Assembly (NCBI GenBank): GCA_040377305.1
Contig: JBEIPA010000011.1
Coordinates: 1-64,000 of the forward strand
Direction: 5' to 3'
Length of the DNA stretch: 64,000 bases
Source of the DNA: Flavobacteriales bacterium
GTDB taxonomy: Bacteria > Bacteroidota > Bacteroidia > Palsa-965
Shown here: positions 30,538-38,562 of the stretch, piece after piece
How the letters are laid out: each line of letters opens with the position of its first letter
Position numbering within the stretch: position 1 is the stretch's first letter
Notes under the pieces: model-generated
What the model was told of the DNA's origin: nothing
The model's database searches: none
What the model saw: the letters and a program-made list of their open reading frames with translations, nothing else
Position numbers and translations under genes: made by a program

Positions 30538-30804
30538 CTAATCAAAGCCCTCCAAGAAAAATTCTGAAAGAGAAATGCCAAATGCCTTGCTTAGATTCTT
30601 GAGACTTTTAAATGTTATATTTTTTTGCCCTGCTTCCCATCTCCCGTAATGCACTCGCGAAAACTCGTGTTCCAACGCAAATTTCTCTGCACTCTTATAT
30701 CCCTGCTCAATACGCAACGACCGAATTCTTTTACCAAGTTTCACCAAATCTGCGTCTGCCTTGGATTTGGTCGAAATACCTGCTTTTCGTTTAGTTTTTG
30801 CCAT
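30538..30804 (-). CDS. XRE-family HTH transcriptional regulator
   Basis: LGKRIRSLR...YGRWEAGQKNITF...ISLSEFF. Confidence 0.9.
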   Translation of the reverse strand: MAKTKRKAGISTKSKADADLVKLGKRIRSLRIEQGYKSAEKFALEHEFSRVHYGRWEAGQKNITFKSLKNLSKAFGISLSEFFLEGFD

Positions 30805-30854
30805 ACGCAAAGCACGGATAACCAAAACTACTGGTAAACAACCACAAGATTGAC

Positions 30855-30895
30855 AACCATTAGGTTTGCAACCTAATGGTTTATTTATATTTTTG
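30855..30895. promoter_or_regulatory. Perfect 12-bp operator-like palindrome next to a rightward -7 promoter box
   Basis: AACCATTAGGTT-TGC-AACCTAATGGTT (30855-30881); TAttTTTG at 30888-30895. Confidence 0.7.
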
Positions 30896-30980
30896 TCATG
30901 TTAGATAGGAATTCAAACAGCGTTTAGCTGTAGTTCTGCAAATGGAAAACTGGAAAATTTCAAAAGCGCAGGAATTACAA

Positions 30981-31280
30981 GTTACACGCTCGCGTCAAAG
31001 GCGCGGGCTGTGGACTTGTCCTGCGCATCGGTATCCAGTACCGCCATTGCGGACGATCCTCGTGTCCGCGCCCCCTTTTGTATTAGCGGATATTGTGGAT
31101 GCAGGACTCTACTGCTTCGGCAGTCCCCTCCTGTGCGTGTTGAACTGGCTTAATACGGGGTTAGACGGTCAGAACAATTCCGAGAGGAACTGGAACGCTG
31201 GGATAAAACCAGTGTTCCAGTTCGCGCAGAAATATATCAACGTGTCAACAACGCGTTCATGTGGGAATTATACGCGTTCG
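30981..31280 (+). ncRNA. Candidate structured ncRNA (family unknown)
   Basis: Nested GC-rich stems, a cUUCGg hairpin at 31111-31124 and a 15-bp stem at 31187-31223 with a G-U pair; downstream of a promoter box. Confidence 0.45.
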
Positions 31281-31397
31281 CAAAGAAAAATGAGGCGTTT
31301 AGAAAATATTTACTTAGGATTAAAAACTTGACTTGTATAAACACAATAAAATAAAGTTGTTCACGGCACTTTGAAAGATATACATTGCATTCAATGA

Positions 31398-31590
31398 AGA
31401 ACGGTTGCTAATTCCCCCCGGCAATGCGTTCTCAATTTACCAGAGCAATCTGGTAGGTTATACCGAACGAGTCAATTGCCCATCAGTTGACTCGTTCGAC
31501 ATAGTGTGTGCGGATTCACTTCACATCCGCGTAGCACTGTGATGTGCGCCATCTCCAAAGTGAGGGATGTGCGTTGGCGGGGTAACGCGA
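31398..31590 (+). ncRNA. Candidate structured 5' leader / sRNA
   Basis: Five to six consecutive hairpins, including a GCAA tetraloop (31438-31455) and a 15-bp stem (31464-31498), after a TATACATTGCA promoter-like box. Confidence 0.45.
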
Positions 31591-31687
31591 AATTATTTAG
31601 CAATAAGAAAATGAGGCGACAACTTCTGAGTTTAATTCGTGCATTACTTTCAATCATTAATTTTCACTAAAAAAACAAACCAACCAA

Positions 31688-34600
31688 ATGAGAAACACTT
31701 CTCCCACGAGAAAAAGTAAAATTCTTCTTCTCGCCGGAATGCTCGCGCTCAGTGTGCAGGGCATTTCGCAAAATCCAACTGTGAAAGTCTACGAAGACTG
31801 GCATTCGAGTTCTGGAACTCAGAATAACTTTCAGCGCGCCCTTGTAAGAAGCAAAGGACTTGGTGGGGCTACATACTATTATACGTGTGGCTCGACGCTA
31901 AATTCTTCTGGTAATTACGACATCCTAATTCAAAAGAAGAATTCTTCAGGCACTGTCTTGTGGTCACAAACCTACAACGGTGCTGGTAACGGAAACGATT
32001 ATGGCGCTGATGTGCAGATTTCAACCACTGGCAGTGTTTACGTCTGCGGAACTTATTATAAGAACAGCACTGACTCTAATAACGCCATCATTCTAAAGTA
32101 TAATGCTTCTGGAACTCAGCAGTGGGCATACACTTACAATGGCGCAGGATCGAGGCATGATGTATTCGCAGCGATGCAGATAAGTACGAACGCAATAGTA
32201 GGCGTTGGAACCACTTATAAGGGCAGCACGAACTTGTACGATATGTTAGTTGCACGAATTGATTCCAGTGGAAATCAGGTGTGGACGCAGACATGGGATC
32301 ATTTGAACCTTAATGATGTTGCGGTCAATCTTTGGAACAATGGAACTAAGGTTTACATCGCGGGTGGCGCACAATCAGCAACTACCACGTATAAATACGC
32401 AGTGTTTAATGTCAAACTATCGGACGGATCAATACAAGGCTCAACGGTTACAGGTGGTACCGCATTCGGCTTCGATCAGTTGACCGACATTCAATACGAT
32501 GTGAATGGTTACATCTACCTCACTGGAGGTGTACTAAATACCGGCACTTTGTATGACATTGAAACTGTTAAACTCGATTCAGCGTTGAACATTATCTGGA
32601 GTGCTACCTACAGTAGTTCTGGTGCCTATAACGATGTCGGAAGTGGAATTACCATCGACCAGGTTGGGAACGTTATTGTCACTGGATATAGAACTACAGC
32701 AACTAGCGGAAAAGATTATGTAACGATCAAATACAGTAGCGGCGGAACGCAACGGTGGGTTTCTACATTCGACAACGGAACCAATGAAACGGACAGTGCA
32801 ACTTGTATAACCGTAAATCCAACTGACACGAATAAGATTTACGTCAGTGGTTATAGTGTCTATAATGGGACAAAGGACTACTGGACATTAAAGTATGATG
32901 GACTTGGTAACTTGAAGTGGGACATTGGTTTCGATCATGTTGCTGATTTGGATGATAGGGCATTTGCGATTGCCGTTGACTCAGCAGGAAACGTAATCGT
33001 TGAAGGTCAAAACGTCTTGCGTGACGGAACAAGGTCATATTCCACCGTGAAGTACATAGAGAAGTCGACGATGTTACCAATGGACACTATTTCAATGCCA
33101 TTTACAAATTATGAGTTCACGGAGAATCGAGGACAACTCATTCACACAGACACCACACTTGCCCCGGAAGTAAAGTACTACACGTTACACAGATCGCCTC
33201 AAGTGTATTTCTCAGACACTTCGGTTTCCTATGTATTGCGCAAAATCGATACGTTAAGCGGCAGCGATTCTACTGTACGTGTTGATATGAAATTCGTGAA
33301 CGATAACACAGGAACTCGTATCCGACCTCTGGAGGTGCGTGAGAACTATTACAACTTTTTCCATCCACATTGTGCTGCAGGCTTAGGACACGTTCAAAAC
33401 TTTGACCAATTGATATCGTTCAACGTCTGGAACAATGTCGACATCATATATGGCAGTAATCTGGAGGGGCTTAAATATTACTTTATCTGTAAGCCTGGTG
33501 GCGGTGGAAATCCGGCAGCACAAATAGATTTAAAGTATGAAGGCGCGGATAGTGTAAAGATAGGAGGCAGTGGACAACTAATCATTTACACAAAGCTCGG
33601 AACAATTGTTCAACCGAAAGCCGCAGCGTGGCAGTTGGATGCAAGTGGAAATTATCAGTCATTGAATTGGCAGCCGAGCTATACGCTTTTAGGGACGAAC
33701 GAAGTTGGCTTCACGAGCTTTGGTTCATACAATTCCAGTTTGCCGTTGGTAATTGCCGTGGATTGGGGTTACAAATCACTAGCGCCTCCAACAAACTGGT
33801 ATCAAAACAACGTGTGGTCAACTTTCATAGAAGGCCTAGATGTGGTTGAATGTGGTCTGGGAGCCACAACTACAACTGGAGGACATCTGGTTACAACTGG
33901 TACAACAAAAAGCTGGAACTACCCAGTTCAAGCTGGGTATGATCTGAGTTTTAGTGGAGCCCAAGATGCATACATTACGCGTTACAATCAAGGCAACGAC
34001 ATCGCATGGAGTACATTCTGCGGTGGATATGCCGATGAAACTGGTTATGATGTTGCCGAGCAAACCAATGGAAACTTTGTACTATTCGGCAATACAGCGG
34101 GTGATGATCTAGTGCCCCTTGGCGGGGGGTATCAGGATGGAACAAACATCCTTTTCGACTATACATACTTTCTTACAGAAGTGAACAATCTTGGTAATGC
34201 ACAAACGTGGTACACATATTTTGGCGGAAACGATGATGAATTCATGAACTACACGGGGACGTTAGATATCGATGCATCGGGTAACATCTTCATCGCAGGA
34301 CGAACCGAAAGCAATGCTTCAACTGAAGGTTTTCCGATTCAGAATTTATCTGGAGCATATAATCAAGGAACGTTTGGAGGTGGTACCGAAGATGGGTTTA
34401 TCGCAAAGTTTAGTCCTAGTCATGCTCTTCTTTGGTCGACGTTTTTCGGTGGTAGTGGAAGCTGGGAACACGTTTCCAGCATTAAGGTTCATCTCGGTGA
34501 GTTATACATAACAGGTGAAACAAGTACCACCAGCACAAACACAACCTGTGCCGGCAATGCCTCAGGCGGATTTCCACTCTGCAACGGAGGATATTTCCAA

Positions 34601-35635
34601 TCTTCGAATCAAGGTCTCATGGATGCATTCATTGCGCGTTTCGATGCCAATGGCGCCCTCGTATGGTCTACTTTTTTTGGAGGTAATGGTTCAGAACAAG
34701 AAAACCAGCTGATACTTTATACGAAATTACTTTATGTGGCTGGCGGGACTAGCACTTCGACGGGACAAGCATCCGCTAACTGGTGTACACCTAGTACAAA
34801 CGGAACTTTCCCGCTTTGTAATCCAGGTGGAGCGGCTACGTTTAATTCGTCCCCAGTAGGTACAGGAGCAGGAGACCTTTTCATTGCTGCGTTCGATATC
34901 ACCAACACCAATAGTTTGGAGTGGTCAACTTATCTTACAGATTTGGGAGGTGCTCATGCTATGACTGTCGACGCATCAGGAAATGTCTTTATTGTCGGTG
35001 ACACCAAGAATAACCTCGGTGCCAATGCTATTGATGCCGGTAATAATTACTATTATCAACCAAACAATGCTGATGGTAGCGGTAACACAACAGATGGTTT
35101 TATTGTAGAAGTTGATCCAGCGCATACTTTGGTTTGGGCGACACACTATGGAGGTCATAGTGGCACACCCACATTTAATGATGAAACTATACATGGTGTT
35201 GCTGTGACAGGTTCTACTGAACTGTTTATTACTGGTATCGCTTCTTCTCTTAATTTTCCTTACCGATGCGATGATGTACCAGCCTATTGCTACGAAGAAC
35301 AGAACAGTGGCCAGCTTCAAGATATTTTTTGTGCAAAGTTTGACTTGACTGGAGGTGTTGGAATCCAGGAAACACAGACATCTCAAACGGAGTTCAGTTT
35401 ATATCCGAATCCTGCTGCGAACCAACTAACAATTCAACTAGGCAACAATATTGAGGAGGGAAGTTCGTTCGTGATCTACAATTCTATCGGTCAGGTTGTC
35501 TATTCGCTCGACTTGTCCAGCATGGGTCAAAATCGTATCTTTAGTATTGACATTGCCTTCCTTTCTACAGGAATGTATGTTGCTAGATTAGAGACGCCGT
35601 CTGGTTCTAGCGCCGAGAGATTTATCAAAGAATAA
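31688..35635 (+). CDS. Large T9SS-secreted beta-propeller protein, paralogue of 2633-6616
   Basis: N-terminal ~700 aa closely match 2633-6616; SBBP-like repeats; CTD LYPNPA...YNSIGQ...GMYV. Confidence 0.85.
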   Translation: MRNTSPTRKSKILLLAGMLALSVQGISQNPTVKVYEDWHSSSGTQNNFQRALVRSKGLGGATYYYTCGSTLNSSGNYDILIQKKNSSGTVLWSQTYNGAGNGNDYGADVQISTTGSVYVCGTYYKNSTDSNNAIILKYNASGTQQWAYTYNGAGSRHDVFAAMQISTNAIVGVGTTYKGSTNLYDMLVARIDSSGNQVWTQTWDHLNLNDVAVNLWNNGTKVYIAGGAQSATTTYKYAVFNVKLSDGSIQGSTVTGGTAFGFDQLTDIQYDVNGYIYLTGGVLNTGTLYDIETVKLDSALNIIWSATYSSSGAYNDVGSGITIDQVGNVIVTGYRTTATSGKDYVTIKYSSGGTQRWVSTFDNGTNETDSATCITVNPTDTNKIYVSGYSVYNGTKDYWTLKYDGLGNLKWDIGFDHVADLDDRAFAIAVDSAGNVIVEGQNVLRDGTRSYSTVKYIEKSTMLPMDTISMPFTNYEFTENRGQLIHTDTTLAPEVKYYTLHRSPQVYFSDTSVSYVLRKIDTLSGSDSTVRVDMKFVNDNTGTRIRPLEVRENYYNFFHPHCAAGLGHVQNFDQLISFNVWNNVDIIYGSNLEGLKYYFICKPGGGGNPAAQIDLKYEGADSVKIGGSGQLIIYTKLGTIVQPKAAAWQLDASGNYQSLNWQPSYTLLGTNEVGFTSFGSYNSSLPLVIAVDWGYKSLAPPTNWYQNNVWSTFIEGLDVVECGLGATTTTGGHLVTTGTTKSWNYPVQAGYDLSFSGAQDAYITRYNQGNDIAWSTFCGGYADETGYDVAEQTNGNFVLFGNTAGDDLVPLGGGYQDGTNILFDYTYFLTEVNNLGNAQTWYTYFGGNDDEFMNYTGTLDIDASGNIFIAGRTESNASTEGFPIQNLSGAYNQGTFGGGTEDGFIAKFSPSHALLWSTFFGGSGSWEHVSSIKVHLGELYITGETSTTSTNTTCAGNASGGFPLCNGGYFQSSNQGLMDAFIARFDANGALVWSTFFGGNGSEQENQLILYTKLLYVAGGTSTSTGQASANWCTPSTNGTFPLCNPGGAATFNSSPVGTGAGDLFIAAFDITNTNSLEWSTYLTDLGGAHAMTVDASGNVFIVGDTKNNLGANAIDAGNNYYYQPNNADGSGNTTDGFIVEVDPAHTLVWATHYGGHSGTPTFNDETIHGVAVTGSTELFITGIASSLNFPYRCDDVPAYCYEEQNSGQLQDIFCAKFDLTGGVGIQETQTSQTEFSLYPNPAANQLTIQLGNNIEEGSSFVIYNSIGQVVYSLDLSSMGQNRIFSIDIAFLSTGMYVARLETPSGSSAERFIKE

Positions 35636-35639
35636 ACTT

Positions 35640-37127
35640 GTGAAACAGAGAATAAGATTTCAATCGTTAGCTGTTCCTGCTCCGAAATGGGGCGGGAACA
35701 GTTACTTTATTAAACGTTGTGTTTTAGTTCTAGTTTGTTTGTTAGCAAATCATTTAATAGCATATTCGCAACAATGGTCGATGGTCGGTGGAGGCTTGAG
35801 AAGTGAACCCACCAAATTGTACTACGATACTCTTACAAACAAATTGATTGCCGGTGGTGGGTTTCGGAAAGCGGATGAAAAGTGGATTACAGGAATAGCC
35901 AGTTGGAATGGTACGTATTGGGATTCACTAGGGCATGGTCTGAACTTCTTCGATACACTAGGAAGTCCTAACGCTTCAGTTTGTAGTGTTTGGGGTATGA
36001 CAAGATTCAATGGTGATCTCTATTGCACTGGAAATTTTTTCAAAGCTGGTCACGACTCAATTTTTGGTTTCGCGAAGTGGAATGGTTTAGATTGGGATAC
36101 TGTTACAGGCGCCAGTATCACCTCTTATCACCCTGTGTGGGAAGTCATGAACTACAACAATGAACTATATATCTGTGGGGGATTTGACAGCGTTGGGAAT
36201 GTACCTGCCGATGGAATTGCAAAGTGGGACGGAACCACATGGTCTGCTATTGGGTCAAATTACAATTTTGTAGACCAAGCTGAGGCGACTTCGCTTCAAG
36301 AAATGATATTTTATCACGGCAACTTATATGTTTCTGGTGGATTTTATGACCCACAAGGAAACTATTGTCGTCTCGCAAAGTGGGATGGCGCGAATTGGAC
36401 ATTTTTCACTAGTGTCGTGACGGGCGGGCTTGCATTTATCTGGGATTTCGAAATTTATAATGATGAGCTGTATGCAGGTGGAATATTCTATCAAACTTCA
36501 GGAAGTGTGGCAAGTAGTATCATTCGTTGGAACGACACTACTTGGAGGGATGTTGGTGGAAGTATAGAAGTAGCGGCGAATGCATATCCGACAGTGTGTG
36601 ATATGACAGTTCACAATGGTAAGTTGTATTGTGCTGGCAGTTTTGAAGTCGTAGGCGGAATTAATGCACCCTTTGTGGCTTCTTGGGATGGAACCGACTG
36701 GTGTGGCTTTGGTTCAATCTTCGATAACAAGTTGCTACAAGTCGCATTCTATGAAGATACTATGTACGTAGCTGGTGAGTTTTGGACGATTGATGGAGAC
36801 AGCATTAGAAACATCGTGAAGTGGATTGGTGGAAGTTTTGTGGATACTTGTGGGAATACTACTGCTATCCAAGAGTCGCACGAAGTGAATCAACCTTTAC
36901 TATTTCCGAATCCTGCCAGTGAAATAGTTCAGTTTCAATTTTCGGATGCGAATGAAACCCGCATAATAATTTTATACGATCAGATAGGTAGAGAAGTATG
37001 GCGAGAAGAAACGAATGAAAGTTTAGTTTCAATTTCTGTGTATGAATTTGCAACTGGAATGTATTTCTATACGGTCGTTTCAGAAAATGATCGAACTGCC
37101 AATGGTAAGTTTTTAATTCATCGTTAG
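35640..37127 (+). CDS. T9SS-secreted beta-propeller protein, paralogue of 8091-9485
   Basis: Same LYxxG..F / AKWDG repeats; shared WIGGSFVDTCG; CTD. Confidence 0.85.
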   Translation: MKQRIRFQSLAVPAPKWGGNSYFIKRCVLVLVCLLANHLIAYSQQWSMVGGGLRSEPTKLYYDTLTNKLIAGGGFRKADEKWITGIASWNGTYWDSLGHGLNFFDTLGSPNASVCSVWGMTRFNGDLYCTGNFFKAGHDSIFGFAKWNGLDWDTVTGASITSYHPVWEVMNYNNELYICGGFDSVGNVPADGIAKWDGTTWSAIGSNYNFVDQAEATSLQEMIFYHGNLYVSGGFYDPQGNYCRLAKWDGANWTFFTSVVTGGLAFIWDFEIYNDELYAGGIFYQTSGSVASSIIRWNDTTWRDVGGSIEVAANAYPTVCDMTVHNGKLYCAGSFEVVGGINAPFVASWDGTDWCGFGSIFDNKLLQVAFYEDTMYVAGEFWTIDGDSIRNIVKWIGGSFVDTCGNTTAIQESHEVNQPLLFPNPASEIVQFQFSDANETRIIILYDQIGREVWREETNESLVSISVYEFATGMYFYTVVSENDRTANGKFLIHR

Positions 37128-37211
37128 ATTTCCGCTTCTTCTTTATCATTATCTCGTAGTGTATTTGAACCACGGCGAAACTGGCTGACCTCTTATTCAA
37201 ACTAACGAGAA

Positions 37212-38168
37212 ATGACGTACGCATATTTGGATTGGAACGTGTTTGATCGACTTGAGAAGAAGGACACATTTGAAGAAGAGCAACGCAAAATTTATTCTAA
37301 AATCAGTGAATTAATTACCAGCAATAAAATAATTTGTCCTTATTCTAATGCTCATATTAATGACTTGCTTAGAGGGCACGCCAGCAATCCGGCTTACATA
37401 CCTAAACATTTAGAAACACTTAGTTTCTTCACAAAGAACCTTTGCATTGTTCAGTATTGGGGTAATGCGCAAGCCACTTGGCACTACAGGGATGTTGTTG
37501 AATTTTTCAATTCAGCACTTGAGGACAAGTCGGCAACATTAGGATCATTTGTAGAACTGGGCGACTTTGACCAAACAGGTCTGTGGAAAACTCAACTTGC
37601 ATTACTCCGGGCGACACCTGTTCCCGAAAATTTCAAAGAAATTTACAAAGCGAGTCCTGTATTCAATCATCTGTTCCCAAAAACCAAAACGGAAATGAAC
37701 TGGCTTGCACTGAGTGAAGACCTATATGATTTTTCAAACAACGCTAAAAAGGACTACTCGCTGTACAAAGCGTTGAGGACTTATGTAAATCAGAGTGCGG
37801 CGAAAATGAAAAATCAGCAAAAGATGCTTAATAATATAAACAAGACAGCCTCTGAAGTTCCGTCTTATTTGAATATGGATAATGTTTGGGAAAAGTATGC
37901 TCCCAAGAGCAAATCTATTTCTAACTCCGCTTATCAAAAAATAACGGACACATATTTTAAAATTGATTTTAGAGGCTATAAGTCGGACGATAAATTTTCA
38001 AATATGGTAGACGACTCTTTACACGTTTTTTATGGAGCACATTGCGACTATTTCGTTACGATTGACGACAAGTGTCACTACAAGGCATCGGAAACATTTC
38101 ACAAGCTGGGTATAACGACGAAAGCGATGAAACCGCACGAATTTATTGAAGCATTCAACGCGCACTAA
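37212..38168 (+). CDS. PIN-like domain hypothetical protein
   Basis: N-terminal YLDWNV; C-terminal DDSLHVFYGAHCDYFVTIDD acidic pattern typical of PIN folds. Confidence 0.6.
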   Translation: MTYAYLDWNVFDRLEKKDTFEEEQRKIYSKISELITSNKIICPYSNAHINDLLRGHASNPAYIPKHLETLSFFTKNLCIVQYWGNAQATWHYRDVVEFFNSALEDKSATLGSFVELGDFDQTGLWKTQLALLRATPVPENFKEIYKASPVFNHLFPKTKTEMNWLALSEDLYDFSNNAKKDYSLYKALRTYVNQSAAKMKNQQKMLNNINKTASEVPSYLNMDNVWEKYAPKSKSISNSAYQKITDTYFKIDFRGYKSDDKFSNMVDDSLHVFYGAHCDYFVTIDDKCHYKASETFHKLGITTKAMKPHEFIEAFNAH

Positions 38169-38200
38169 AAAAACTCCCTTATAGTATAAGGGAGTTTTTT
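38168..38200 (+). terminator. Intrinsic terminator
   Basis: AAAAAACTCCCTTA-TAGTA-TAAGGGAGTTTTTT. Confidence 0.85.
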
Positions 38201-38437
38201 ATTTAGCGGAAATTCCCCAACGAAAACGGAATTTTGGAATTCCCCGCCAAGGGATTATCTTAGGGCTAGTTCTTTAAGAAAAGGGTACTGGTGGCGTTTT
38301 GGATAGCATCTGAAACCATCTGCGTACCATCTGCCAACTGACGCTTTACGCCCGCTTTAAGGGCGTTTGGTTCTATTCCGTTACTTTCCCTCCTCGCGAA
38401 TACTCGCAACTAATAGAATCATAGGACTTTCCGAGCG

Positions 38438-38457
38438 TTTATCCGTTTACAAACGTT
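38438..38457 (+). repeat. attR core
   Basis: Identical to 11938-11957; CCGTTACT at ~38378. Confidence 0.85.
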
Positions 38458-38509
38458 TGCTCCCGACTAGCGCCAATCCTTTTTTTCATATTCGCGAGAG
38501 CCCACCAAA

Positions 38510-38542
38510 GCCCCTCTCTTCCGGAGAGGGGTTGGGGTGAGG
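38510..38542. repeat. REP-like CCCCTCTC..GAGAGGGGTTGGGGTGAGG element
   Basis: Short GC-rich hairpin with a G-rich tail, a recognisable intergenic repeat type. Confidence 0.55.
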
Positions 38543-38562
38543 CTTAAGCCACACACCAACCC

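Larger units (their letters stand above)
11938..38457. mobile_element. 26.5-kb integrative element / genomic island
   Basis: Perfect 20-bp direct repeat at 11938-11957 and 38438-38457; tyrosine integrase just inside the left end; excisionase-like gene; defence-like cargo. Confidence 0.85.

Noticed and set aside
30942-31331. 129-aa ORF as a real gene
   Set aside because: No recognisable motifs, atypical composition, and it overlies dense RNA-like stems; not fully excluded
11938-38457. Prophage or full conjugative transposon; tRNA as attB
   Set aside because: No structural, terminase, tra or relaxase genes recognised; no cloverleaf at either att
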